Numbered from the stretch's first letter, positions 42,088 to 52,392 are shown. The stretch: DNA of 64,000 nucleotides from an uncultured cyanobacterium (GCA_963740315.1 CAVUDP010000002.1:2848001-2912000); one strand, 5' to 3'. Numbers and translations: made by a program. Notes: generated by a model not told the origin, from the sequence alone.

Positions 42088-44289
42088 ATGTCTGAATCTG
42101 CTGAGTTAAATCGGGAAAAAGCCGCACAGCTTGATAATTTTGTGAATCTGCTTGTTGATTTATCAATTATTGAACCATCGGATGGCTATGATTGCGACGA
42201 AATCAATGAATATCAAAGTCCTTTGAATTCGTCACGAGTGCGTAATCCTTATGATATTTCTGTTGGTGAAATTGCTAATGATAAGGAAAGTACGAAAGAA
42301 GCTAAATTTCCTCAAATCGAGAATCAATCTACTACTATTTATTTAGAAGCTAAATTGGATTCTCCTCAAACACTGTTACCAAACTACCGGGAGCTAGTGG
42401 GGGAAATTGCGGTAGAAACTTCACCGCTAGAACATAAATCTGAAAACTCAGAAGAACAAATTGCTGCTTTTCAAAATTTACAAGATATTTTAGTTGGAGA
42501 TGAATTAGCGGAAATTCAACAGTATTTAAAGAAGATAAACCATCAACTTTACGATTCTGATGAATTGATCGAGCTACTTTTACCGCAAATTACCGAACTT
42601 TTAAGGCGCAAAATTTCTGAATCAAAAGAAGAATTTGTAGAAGCGATCGCGCCAATTATAGATAGTGCTATCCATAGCAGAGTTGAGCAAGATAAAGACA
42701 GTATGGGTGAGGCTTTAGCAGCTGCGCTTCCTGTGGCAATTCGCGAGCAAATAAACGTAGATTCGGAAGTGTTTGCAGAAGCGATCGCGCCAGCTATGGG
42801 AGAAGCAATTACAAAACAAATTGAACTTGAAAAAGATAAAATTGTGGATGCACTGTACCCGGTAATTGGTAATACAATTGCCAAGTACATGGGAGAAACT
42901 ATTCAAGCAATTAACGAACAAGTTGAAAATACTCTGAGTTTTGAAGGAATAAAACGCAAGATTAAAGCCAAATTACAGGGGGTTTCTGAAGCCGAGTTAA
43001 TTGTTAAAGAGTCGATAACTTTTACACCTCAAGCTATCTTTTTGATTCACAAAGCATCGGGTTTAGTTATTTGCGATATTCAACATAAGGATTCCGAGCA
43101 TCTTGAGTCAGATATGATCGCGGGAATGCTAACGGCAATTCGCAGCTTTGCCAATGATTGTATGATTCAGTCGGGGAATTCCGAACTTGATGAGATTGAT
43201 TACGGTAATTTTAAGATAATTTTAGAAGTTGCAGGATACTGTTATCTCGCAATTATTGTTAAGGGAAAGCCGCCCAAAGAATTTATCTTGAAGATGCGGG
43301 AAATTCTCAGCCAAATAATCAAAGCTTACGGTAAATCAATTGAAGAATTTGATGGAGATTTGGAAACAGTTCCTACTGAAATAAATACGCTTTTGGAAAA
43401 TTTAATAGATTTTAAGCATCATAAAGAAGAGAAAAATCAATCTTCTCCGCTCTTAATATTAAGCTTAGGAATTCTAGCTATAATTTTTATTCCTTGGGGT
43501 ATTTGGCAATATCGCAGCAATCAAATTCATGCCATTGAAAATAAAGCAGCTTTGGCTTTGGCTTCTGCGCCGGAATTATCAGTTTATCGTCTCGATGTCA
43601 AAGCAGATGGGGATAAACTCAAACTAATGGGAAGAGTTCCCAATCAATATTTGAAAACCAAAGCAAAACAAATTGCGGCTGCAACAGTTACTAATTTGAA
43701 AATTGATAATCGAATTATTTCAGTTGAAGTACCAGCATCACCAGTATTAGCTGCTTCTGAAGTTAAACGAATCACCGCAGTTTTAAATCAGATCGATGAT
43801 AATGATATTTCCGCTGATTACAGCGATGGTAAAGTTACCGTTATTGGTAGTATCAGCCGAATTGAAGATGCTAAAACAATTACTCAAGCATTTGAACAAA
43901 TTCCTGGTGTAAAAACGGTATCAAGTGCAGTACAGATAAAACCTCTTTCTATCTCAATTCGGTTTTATTTTGAACGGCAATCGTCAAATTTAGTTGCATT
44001 AGATTTAGAAAATAAAGTTAAGTTGGTAAAAAGATTTATGGATCGGTATCCGATGAAGAATATAAAAATTATTGGTTATAGCTATTCAAAAAACGAAACT
44101 TTTGCAACTGAAAAACTAGCACTTCAACGAGCAAAATCTGTACAGCAAGCATTGATTAAGCAAGGAATTTCTCCATCTCGCTTACAAGTTGTTGGTAAAA
44201 CGGATTTACCACCGGGAATTGATGAAAGCCAACCTTCATGGCTGATGCGCTGCGTTATTTTAGAACCAATTCTTGAAGATAAAACTTAG
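42088..44289 (+). CDS. Membrane protein: helical repeats, Roadblock/longin-like domain, TM helix, two BON domains, OmpA-like domain
   Basis: AIAPII/ALAAAL/AIAPAM/ALYPVI repeats; IFLIHKASGLVI...MIAGMLTAIRSF...IDYGNFKIILE...LAIIVKG; TM LILSLGILAIIFIPWGIW; BON-like VKADGDKLKLMGRV and DGKVTVIG; OmpA-like FYF...IIGY...LALQRAKSVQQALIKQGI. Confidence 0.8.
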   Translation: MSESAELNREKAAQLDNFVNLLVDLSIIEPSDGYDCDEINEYQSPLNSSRVRNPYDISVGEIANDKESTKEAKFPQIENQSTTIYLEAKLDSPQTLLPNYRELVGEIAVETSPLEHKSENSEEQIAAFQNLQDILVGDELAEIQQYLKKINHQLYDSDELIELLLPQITELLRRKISESKEEFVEAIAPIIDSAIHSRVEQDKDSMGEALAAALPVAIREQINVDSEVFAEAIAPAMGEAITKQIELEKDKIVDALYPVIGNTIAKYMGETIQAINEQVENTLSFEGIKRKIKAKLQGVSEAELIVKESITFTPQAIFLIHKASGLVICDIQHKDSEHLESDMIAGMLTAIRSFANDCMIQSGNSELDEIDYGNFKIILEVAGYCYLAIIVKGKPPKEFILKMREILSQIIKAYGKSIEEFDGDLETVPTEINTLLENLIDFKHHKEEKNQSSPLLILSLGILAIIFIPWGIWQYRSNQIHAIENKAALALASAPELSVYRLDVKADGDKLKLMGRVPNQYLKTKAKQIAAATVTNLKIDNRIISVEVPASPVLAASEVKRITAVLNQIDDNDISADYSDGKVTVIGSISRIEDAKTITQAFEQIPGVKTVSSAVQIKPLSISIRFYFERQSSNLVALDLENKVKLVKRFMDRYPMKNIKIIGYSYSKNETFATEKLALQRAKSVQQALIKQGISPSRLQVVGKTDLPPGIDESQPSWLMRCVILEPILEDKT

Positions 44290-44354
44290 AATCAATTATT
44301 ATTTGTCTGGTGCAGTTTATTCTATTTCATCTACCTAAAGTATAATTATTAATT

Positions 44355-44879
44355 ATGTCCACAATCTCTAAAAAAATATGTCTTATCGGTGATTTCGGCG
44401 TTGGTAAAACTAGCTTGATTCGCAGATTTGTTGATAAACAGTTTAGTGACAAATATTTGTCTACCGTTGGCGTGAAAATTTCTCGGAAAGCTGTCGAATT
44501 AACTGATTTAGAGCCACAAAAACAACTGACGCTACAGTTATTGATTTGGGATATAGAAGGGAGTACTAAATTCAAAGGAATTTCTGCAAGTTACTTTCAA
44601 GGAGCAAAAGGAGCAATTCTAGTTGGTGACGTGACGCGCCCAGAATCTCTAGAGAGTATTGCCGAACATCTTCAAGCTTTCCTTAAAGTTAATCCTACAG
44701 GTAAAGCTGCGATCGCTTTGAATAAATCAGACTTAATTGATGCAGAATATTTAGAAAAATATCGGCAAATTTATAGCTTCAACGATAATAGTGGTTTTGT
44801 TTCGACATATGCAACTTCAGCAAAAACGGGAACAAACGTTGACAACATTTTTCAATCTTTATCACATTCAATGATTTAA
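44355..44879 (+). CDS. Stand-alone Ras/Rab-like small GTPase (174 aa)
   Basis: G1 GDFGVGKT, G2 YLSTVG, G3 WDIEG, G4 NKSD and G5 TSAK. Confidence 0.93.
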   Translation: MSTISKKICLIGDFGVGKTSLIRRFVDKQFSDKYLSTVGVKISRKAVELTDLEPQKQLTLQLLIWDIEGSTKFKGISASYFQGAKGAILVGDVTRPESLESIAEHLQAFLKVNPTGKAAIALNKSDLIDAEYLEKYRQIYSFNDNSGFVSTYATSAKTGTNVDNIFQSLSHSMI

Positions 44880-44883
44880 TAAC

Positions 44884-47268
44884 ATGAATCTATTTACAAA
44901 CATATTATCTTTACGTCGGATTGAATATGTAATTATCAACGAAGATTGGAAGATTATAGAATTATCTCCAAAAGTAAACCTTCTGGCTGAAAACTCGAAT
45001 GAGGTAGAGATAGGAAAAGATATTCGGATTGGGTTTCCCGAATTAATTGGAATTGAAGTTATTGCTAGCGATATTAGAGCGGGAAAACAAGAAAAGTTTG
45101 AACTTAGAGGAGTAATTCGCTCTCAAAAAGTTTTACATCCAATTTACATTGAGATTTGTATTGCTAATAATGTCAAAAACGATCGAACCAGTGATGAGCT
45201 ATTGATAATTGTTGAAGATGTAACCGAACAGATGGTTTTAGAACAATCTTTAGTTCAAGGTGCGAACGAAGCCAATCTTTTACTGCGTACTCTGAGTGCT
45301 TCTAAACAATATATCGACCAAATTGTTACTTCAATGGCTGATGCTTTATTAGTCACAACGCTATCAGGAAAAATCAAAACCATAAATCGGACAGCACAAA
45401 TTTTATTGGAATATGATGAAGCAGAAATTTCTGGATCGTCAATTTCTACAGTCTTGCGAGAAGTTGATAATTGGAAAGAAGAAATAGAACAAAGAGGAAA
45501 CGTTCAAACACCTTTATTTGGTCCTGTAACTCCTTTAGTTAAAGAAGTAGAAACTGTTTGTGAAACAAAGAGTGGAAAAACAATTCCGGTTGCTTTTTCT
45601 TGTTCAAAAGTTCAGACAGAAATCGATCATTTTCAAGGTTATGTTTATATATTGCGAGACATGACAGCCCGCAAACAGGCTGAGCTAGCAAAACAAGAGT
45701 TTTTAGCGATGATTAGTCATGAAATACGTACTCCAGTTGCGGCGGTAATTGGCATGGCTGATATACTGTTAAATACTGAATTGTCGAATCAACAAGAAGA
45801 ATTTGTTGAAACTATTTGTAATAGCGGTAAAGCTTTACTCGAAATTGTTAACGATATCCTTGATTTCTCCAAAATTGAATCTGGAAAATTAGAATTTGAA
45901 GAAGAACCTTTTCATTTAAATAGCTGTATTGAAGAATCTTTTTCCTTATTAGCACCGAAAGCTATGGAAAAAGAATTAGAACTTACTTTCCATGCAAATC
46001 CCGAAGTTCCTAAAGTTATTGTCGGGGATATAAGCCGACTGCGACAGATTTTAATTAATTTACTAAATAACGCCATTAAATTTACCGACACTGGAAGTGT
46101 GGAACTTTCAGTAACAAGTCGGGAGCGTCAAACTATTGGAAATGAAAAAAATAATTGCGAAATTGAGTTTGCACTCAAAGATACCGGAGTTGGAATACCA
46201 AGCAACCGCATTAATCGTTTATTTAAAGCCTTTAGTCAAGTAAATTCTTCAATAACTAGAAAGTATGGCGGTACGGGTTTAGGGTTAGCAATTTGTAAAC
46301 AATTGACTGAATTAATGGGCGGTAAAATTTGGGTAGAAACCGAAGAAGATCGCGGTAGTATATTCTACTTTACAATTACCACTCGCGCGATCGCAACACA
46401 ACTTAGTGGAGAATGGGAAAGCGAAACAAATGTATCCAATCTTGCATACGCCCGCAAACCAGAAGTCGCAGCGATCGATAGTGCGATCGCCGAAAAACAT
46501 CCTTTGAAAATACTTTTAGTAGAAGACTACGCAACCAATCAAAAAATGATAACTTTGATGTTGCAGCGAATGGGTTATCAAGCAAATATTGCCAACAATG
46601 GATTAGAAGCACTTACAGCATTACGTCGTCAGTCTTATGATGTGGTATTGATGGATATGCAAATGCCTCAAATGGATGGGATGACAGCAACCCACTATAT
46701 TTGTCAGGAATGGGAACCCTCAGTGCGCCCCCGAATTATTGCACTAACCGCAAGTGCGATGTTAAAGGATAAAGAAGATTATTTGGCATCTGGTATTGAT
46801 GATTTTCTTCCTAAACCTTTTCGCATTGAAGAATTGATGCAGGTACTTACGAAGTGTGAGTTGAATAGAAAAGAAATTGTTGCAAAATCTCAGAACAAAA
46901 ATGATTATATAATTGACAATACGGCATTGCAAGAAATCTATCGTATAGCTGATTTTAATTGTGGAGTAAATGCCAGAGAATTTTTAATAGAAACTATTGA
47001 TGAATATTTGGAAGAAGCTCCCAGGTTTCTACAAGATATTCAAGTTGCTTTAGATCGAGATGATTTTAAAACTGCTCTGCGATTGGTACATACACTTTCT
47101 TCAAGTAGTGCAACATTAGGTGCAAATAATTTAGCTGGTTTATGTGCGGAGTTGGAGATGATATTAACAAACGAAATGCAAGAGGGCATAAAAGAGCAAA
47201 TTGATAAAATTGAAGCTGAATATGAAAATGTGAAAAGTGCTTTGGTGCAACAGCGAGAGAAGTATTAG
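44884..47268 (+). CDS. Soluble hybrid histidine kinase (PAS, HisKA, HATPase, REC, Hpt)
   Basis: SHEIRTP, NLLNNAIKFT, DTGVGI, GGTGLGL, VLMDMQMP and Hpt HTLSSSSATLGA; starts 4 bp after the GTPase stop. Confidence 0.93.
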   Translation: MNLFTNILSLRRIEYVIINEDWKIIELSPKVNLLAENSNEVEIGKDIRIGFPELIGIEVIASDIRAGKQEKFELRGVIRSQKVLHPIYIEICIANNVKNDRTSDELLIIVEDVTEQMVLEQSLVQGANEANLLLRTLSASKQYIDQIVTSMADALLVTTLSGKIKTINRTAQILLEYDEAEISGSSISTVLREVDNWKEEIEQRGNVQTPLFGPVTPLVKEVETVCETKSGKTIPVAFSCSKVQTEIDHFQGYVYILRDMTARKQAELAKQEFLAMISHEIRTPVAAVIGMADILLNTELSNQQEEFVETICNSGKALLEIVNDILDFSKIESGKLEFEEEPFHLNSCIEESFSLLAPKAMEKELELTFHANPEVPKVIVGDISRLRQILINLLNNAIKFTDTGSVELSVTSRERQTIGNEKNNCEIEFALKDTGVGIPSNRINRLFKAFSQVNSSITRKYGGTGLGLAICKQLTELMGGKIWVETEEDRGSIFYFTITTRAIATQLSGEWESETNVSNLAYARKPEVAAIDSAIAEKHPLKILLVEDYATNQKMITLMLQRMGYQANIANNGLEALTALRRQSYDVVLMDMQMPQMDGMTATHYICQEWEPSVRPRIIALTASAMLKDKEDYLASGIDDFLPKPFRIEELMQVLTKCELNRKEIVAKSQNKNDYIIDNTALQEIYRIADFNCGVNAREFLIETIDEYLEEAPRFLQDIQVALDRDDFKTALRLVHTLSSSSATLGANNLAGLCAELEMILTNEMQEGIKEQIDKIEAEYENVKSALVQQREKY

Positions 47269-47281
47269 AAAGTACCACATC

Positions 47282-47334
47282 GCCCTCACCCTCGAAGGGT
47301 GGGGCTACAATTACAAAGCCCGCCTGCGTGGGCT
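47282..47334. repeat. REP-like double-hairpin dispersed repeat
   Basis: CACCCTCGAAGGGTG-GGGCTAA-type hairpin with CTAC, then AGCCCGCCTGCGTGGGCT; related copies at 48876-48986 and 57698-57746. Confidence 0.65.
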
Positions 47335-47337
47335 AAG

Positions 47338-48801
47338 TTAAGTGTTGAGTATAAGTTTTTGGAAGCGATCGTCATTACGAATGGTATCAAAATCACTATC
47401 CGTTTTTGCCATTTCTCGATATTTTTCAGGATTTAGATTGATGGCAATTTGTAGATTTTCAATTGCTTGCTCGATGTTATTTTGTAGAGCGTAATAGCAA
47501 GCTTTGTTATACCAAGCTTGGTAATAATCGGGTTTAATTTCAATGGCTTTTTCTAATGATGCGATCGCCTCTTCTAATCTTCCCAACTCACCCAGCGCAT
47601 TACCCCGGTTGTACCAAGCTTCGTGATAATCGGGTTTAATTTCAATGGCTTTGTCGTAAGATGCGATCGCCTCTTCTAATCTTCCCAAATCACCCAGCGC
47701 ATTACCCCGGTTGTACCAAGCATCGTGATCGTCGGGTTTAATTTCAACAGCTTTATCGTAAGATGCGATCGCCTCTTCTAATCTTCCCAACTCACCTAGC
47801 GCATAACCCCGGATGCTCCAAGCATCGTGTTTATCGGGTTTAATTTCAATGGCTTTTTCGTAAGATGCGATCGCCTCTTCTAATCTTCCCAACTCACCCA
47901 GCGCTATACCCCGGTTGTACCAAGCTTGGTGATAATCGGGTTTAATTTCAACAGCTTGATCGTAGGATGCGATCGCCTCTTCTAATCTTCCCAACTGACG
48001 CAACGCTATACCCAGGCTGTTCCAAGCTTGGTGATAATCGGGTTTAATTTCAATGGCTTTATCAAATGCTTTTAAAGCTGCTTCATACTCTTCCGCAGCA
48101 CTCAGTAATATTCCCTGCTCTCTTAATAATTCAGCTTTCTTATCAAGAGTCTGGTGCTTTTCTTCCAGTAATTCTTCAATTTCTAGAATTTTTTCAATTT
48201 TCTGTTGTGGAGTTAAGCTTAAATATTTTTCATAATCCCCTTCCTTAAGCAAACGAGATGATTCTTGCTCTAATAATTCCGGTTTTGTGGGAAACTCAAA
48301 AATACTCGAGCGCCAATCAAAGAAATCTGGAGCGCGATGAATAAAATATTTTAAAGAAAAGGAACGAAGGAGAAAAACAAAGCAAATATTAAAGGTATCT
48401 CGAAATCTTTCTCGATGTAAATTTAAGTGGTTAAGGATTTTTGGAACCCCTTTCCAACTGTAAGCAAATCGTCCGCTTTTTTCGCCAAACTTAGTTTGTT
48501 CGTATTCGTATAGTGAATGTTCTAAACCTTGAATAAATAAAATATTTATCTGTTCTCGGTTTGGTAAGTTTTTGACAATCTCATATAAATTATCGATAGG
48601 TTCGTCAAACCGTAAAACTTCAATTGTCTTTTTCGGTAAATCTTCTTTAACTTTAGTAATTAACTCTTCACCTTCAACTGGAGTACATTGCACAAATAAT
48701 AAACGAAAACCTTGCGATCGTTCCAAAGTGCGAACAAATGCGCTTATTTCTTCCTCCGGCTCAGCGGGTAAATCTTCGTCCCAATTAATTTCTGATGTCA
48801 T
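47338..48801 (-). CDS. TPR protein with a degenerate NTPase-like N-terminal domain
   Basis: Near-identical 102-bp (34-aa) TPR units (AWYNRGxALGxLGRLEEAIASYxKAIEIKPD); the N-domain ends RAPDFFDWRSSIFEF. ATG at 48801. Confidence 0.9.
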   Translation of the reverse strand: MTSEINWDEDLPAEPEEEISAFVRTLERSQGFRLLFVQCTPVEGEELITKVKEDLPKKTIEVLRFDEPIDNLYEIVKNLPNREQINILFIQGLEHSLYEYEQTKFGEKSGRFAYSWKGVPKILNHLNLHRERFRDTFNICFVFLLRSFSLKYFIHRAPDFFDWRSSIFEFPTKPELLEQESSRLLKEGDYEKYLSLTPQQKIEKILEIEELLEEKHQTLDKKAELLREQGILLSAAEEYEAALKAFDKAIEIKPDYHQAWNSLGIALRQLGRLEEAIASYDQAVEIKPDYHQAWYNRGIALGELGRLEEAIASYEKAIEIKPDKHDAWSIRGYALGELGRLEEAIASYDKAVEIKPDDHDAWYNRGNALGDLGRLEEAIASYDKAIEIKPDYHEAWYNRGNALGELGRLEEAIASLEKAIEIKPDYYQAWYNKACYYALQNNIEQAIENLQIAINLNPEKYREMAKTDSDFDTIRNDDRFQKLILNT

Positions 48802-48875
48802 ATAGCAATCCGAATTTAAATGTGAGAAAACACGTAGACGCAATATTCAAATGGAAAGTAAAATTTTATTCATAC

Positions 48876-49287
48876 CTGGCGACTATAAGTCGCGGCTACA
48901 GAGGCAAAACCCGCCTGCGCGGGTTGTTTAATTAAGTCCACGCACCATCTGGACTTAGCTTGTGTAGTAGCGGTTTCAACCGCCAGTTTGTTTCTAAATT
49001 TATTACAAATCATTTAGGATTGCTATATCATAATCGTTTAAATAACTGTCAATGCGAATTTCACGATACAACCGCAAAGTGTCATTGCGAGGAACGAAGC
49101 AATCCCAGTCACTGCGGTTGCTTCGTCGTTCCTCCTCGCAATGACATATAGCGAATTAAATACAATCTTGTGGGATGGAGAGCAGCGCGTTGCGGAGGTT
49201 CCCTCCGTTGTAGCGACTGCGGGGCATCCCTGCCCGTCCGAATTTCACTAACTTATTTTGTATTGCATTCAACTGAAAACCGCTATA
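48876..49287. repeat. Cluster of nested REP/MITE-like repeats
   Basis: An inverted pair of REP-like units (48876-48986), a GTCATTGCGAG...CTCGCAATGAC hairpin (49081-49146) and an element bounded by TATAGCG...CGCTATA (49147-49287) that contains further hairpins. Confidence 0.65.
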
Positions 49288-49307
49288 TACGTTAATTAAT
49301 TCCGATA

Positions 49308-50663
49308 TCATGACTGATTTTTCGCCACTAATTCTTTAAATTCTTGTATTCCTTGAATCAAAGGATGAACGTCACACCAACGCTCAATTTCACCTTCTGC
49401 ATCTAAGTGACGATATTCCAAAAGACAGCGATTAAATAATAAACTGCGATACTTTTTATCGTTAACTACTCGCTTGGAACGAAATACTTCTGCGAGTAAA
49501 CCCCATTGACTATGTTCAACGGTTTGACGGTAAGTATTTCGTGCTTCGGTAATGGCTCGTCTGACTGCTTTTTGAGAAATTGGTAATTGTGCTGTACGAG
49601 CGATCGCATCTTGTGTTAACAATAGTAAATTTCGCACGTGTCCCCCGCTCATCAAACACAGTCGATCGAATGTTTCGGGACTGTCAAATATTTCTGTATC
49701 TATAGATATATAAGTCGTATGTGGATTGACTCTTTTAATAATAATTTCTTTTATTTTATCTAACCCCGGTTGGCAAACTTTTCCATCGGGAGTCCGCACC
49801 ATAACCATTGGTAAAACTTGAGTATCGCTATAAATATCTCTGAGATCGGTTCCCCGTTGCGAATATACTAATGATATGGGTACGGTGTAGATCAGATGAC
49901 AATCTAAAGCTTTGAGTTGTTCGCTACGGTCAAGAAATATTTCTTCATGATTAGTCTTTTGATTATCATCACTAATAATTGGTGCAATTCTATCTAAGTT
50001 ATCAACAATTACCGCTAATTCCGTACAACCGTTGGGAAGTTGCTTTTTTGCTTCTTTAAGAAACTCGTTTAAAACATCAATTAAACTAACCGTATAAGGG
50101 TCTACTTTTTTGCGAATTTTATGACGTAAAGTTGGTTCGGCTCTCAAATTCGCTGTTAGTTTCGCAAACTGAGATATTTGTCCTTCCACACTCATTCCAT
50201 CAAAAGACATTTCCGTTTGCGCTAAATATTTGATATCTTCCCAACGGTCTTTTAACCAGTTTAATAATAGATTAGGATTGGCGCTGTTTTTAAGTTCTTC
50301 TAAAATGTGTCGAGTACAAGCAAGCAAAATGTCGGTATATTCAGCATCTTCCGATTGAATATCTTCCTCATCAGCAGCGAAATAAACCACATAAAATTTT
50401 TGTTCTTCCAAAGCTTGCTTTAATTTCAGCAATTCCGTAGATTTACCAGCACCGCGATGACCCGAATATAGCTGACAAGTCTTTGTATCGGAAAGTGAAA
50501 TTCTACGTCCCAAATCCTCCAAAATATCCCCATCACCGCGAACTTCCCGACAATCTACATAAGTTGGATCGCCAGCAGGTAAAGGACGAAAAGGGTCAAA
50601 AGCGTTGTATAGATTTTTGAGTAATTGCTTTTCTTGTAGAGAATTTATAACCATATTTCCCAC
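49308..50663 (-). CDS. P-loop ATPase (STAND/AAA-like), paralogue 2
   Basis: Walker A GHRGAGKST, Walker B AVIVDNLD and SGGHVRNLL; collinear with 27320-28678. Confidence 0.88.
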   Translation of the reverse strand: MGNMVINSLQEKQLLKNLYNAFDPFRPLPAGDPTYVDCREVRGDGDILEDLGRRISLSDTKTCQLYSGHRGAGKSTELLKLKQALEEQKFYVVYFAADEEDIQSEDAEYTDILLACTRHILEELKNSANPNLLLNWLKDRWEDIKYLAQTEMSFDGMSVEGQISQFAKLTANLRAEPTLRHKIRKKVDPYTVSLIDVLNEFLKEAKKQLPNGCTELAVIVDNLDRIAPIISDDNQKTNHEEIFLDRSEQLKALDCHLIYTVPISLVYSQRGTDLRDIYSDTQVLPMVMVRTPDGKVCQPGLDKIKEIIIKRVNPHTTYISIDTEIFDSPETFDRLCLMSGGHVRNLLLLTQDAIARTAQLPISQKAVRRAITEARNTYRQTVEHSQWGLLAEVFRSKRVVNDKKYRSLLFNRCLLEYRHLDAEGEIERWCDVHPLIQGIQEFKELVAKNQS

Positions 50664-51191
50664 TTTTACGTTATTTTCTTAAAGTATAAGAAAAATTACG
50701 CTTTCCGAAATTTGTTTTTTTTGGCAACGTTTTCTGATATTATTTTTATATAAAGTGTTTTTTTTATAATGGGAATCTATACCCAAATAAAAATTTTGCC
50801 GCCATCCGATTATAATAAAGTCTTTTTTATCTCTATAACAATAATTATCTCACATTAAGGGGATTTTTTTTCAATCAATAAATTAACAATTTTTTTTCAA
50901 AGATTTGCAATTGTGTTTTCTTGCTTTTAGAGCGGTGGGATTCTGGTTTTATATAAATTAAAATTATCGATCGTTGTGCTGAGTGGTTGGCTTTCTTAGC
51001 GATCGCTTTCTCCCAACATTATTTTTGGAAATTTTCAAGTCCACAAAGTTGTTGCAATTCTTACAAACATGACTGATATAATATCGAGTTTTTCTCAATA
51101 AAAATACTGTTTTCCTATTTTTAGAGTAGATTAAAATACCATTAACACTTAAAATGAAGCAACAAATTTAAGCAAGAGATTTTATAAAACT

Positions 51192-52142
51192 TTAGGTAAC
51201 GTGCCATCTTTTCACCTGCGCTTCCAAATCCCCAGACAACCATCCATCGAACTGCGGATAAACGGGTAATCTCGGTACTAATTCCCAACCTCCGGGCTGC
51301 AATATTTCTCGCAATTCTTTTTCTTGAATATGCGGATAATCTGGATTAACTTCATCTTTGGGACTAATTCCTCCCAAATCTCTCGCACCTGCTTCTATAC
51401 AAGCGAGCAACCATTGTTCATCTTTTACTAAGTTTGGCGGAATTTGAATGGTAATATCTGCGGGTAAAATAGCCCTGGCTTTTGCTATTACTTGTGGTAG
51501 TTGATGCGGATTAAAAGGTGGAAAATCAAAACTTTGCTGAGTACCCGGACTGTGTGGTTGTAAAATAACTTCTTGAATATGTTGATAGCTTTGATGCAGT
51601 TGAGCGATCGCTTCTAATGTATCCCAGCAATCTTGTTCTGTTTCTCCAATTCCTAATAGCAATCCCGTTGTAAAAGGTATTTTTAATTCACCAGCCCACT
51701 GTAATTGCTGCAATCTTAATTGTGGTAATTTACTTGGTGCGTGTTTATGAACTGTTTGTAATAAAGCTGGTGTTAACTGTTCTAACATTAACCCCATTGA
51801 AACGTTGACTTCTTTAAGCTTTTGCATTTCTTCAAGTCTCAATGGTCCCGCATTTGTGTGGGGCAAAAAACCCATTGACAATGCTAATTTACATAGATCG
51901 TAAATCAAATTAAACCATTCTTCTCGTCGTGGTGAATTAGGATGAACTTCTCCACTTAATATCAATATTTCACAAACATTTTGCTCTTGAAGTCTTTTGA
52001 AAATATCTTTTGTTGCTGATAAAGATAACCAAGTATCATTTCCAGGTTCTGTACGGAAGTTGCAGTAAGTACACCTGTTAAAACATTCGTAGGTAGGAAC
52101 GATCGTGTAAGCAGGGCTATAGGTTATACGGGATGTAGACAT
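51192..52142 (-). CDS. cofG: FO synthase subunit CofG (radical SAM)
   Basis: ITYSPAYTIVPTYECFNRCTYCNF, PHTNAG, SMGLMLE, FTTGLLLGIGE and GGISP.DEVNP. Confidence 0.9.
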   Translation of the reverse strand: MSTSRITYSPAYTIVPTYECFNRCTYCNFRTEPGNDTWLSLSATKDIFKRLQEQNVCEILILSGEVHPNSPRREEWFNLIYDLCKLALSMGFLPHTNAGPLRLEEMQKLKEVNVSMGLMLEQLTPALLQTVHKHAPSKLPQLRLQQLQWAGELKIPFTTGLLLGIGETEQDCWDTLEAIAQLHQSYQHIQEVILQPHSPGTQQSFDFPPFNPHQLPQVIAKARAILPADITIQIPPNLVKDEQWLLACIEAGARDLGGISPKDEVNPDYPHIQEKELREILQPGGWELVPRLPVYPQFDGWLSGDLEAQVKRWHVT

Positions 52143-52152
52143 GGAATAAAAG

Positions 52153-52392
52153 TGGATGGGGAGATGGGGAGATGGGGGGATGGGGAGATGGGGGGATGGG
52201 GAGATGGGGGAGATGGGGGAGATGGGGAGATGGGGAGATGGGGGAGATGGGGAGATGGGGGTAGTTAAATAGCGAGCTTTCCGGCGATCGCTACTCCTAA
52301 TTCCTAACTCCTAATTCCTAATTCCTAATTCCCAACTCCTAATTCCTAATTCCTAATTCCCAACTCCTAATTCCTAATTCCTAACTCCTAAC
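52153..52392. repeat. STRR arrays (GGGGAGAT and CCTAATT/CCTAACT)
   Basis: Two long, visible tandem arrays. Confidence 0.9.

Noticed and set aside
47520..48060. 102-bp near-identical repeats as CRISPR or DGR template/variable repeats
   Set aside because: They are in-frame TPR coding units. No reverse transcriptase is present and the differences are not adenine-specific.
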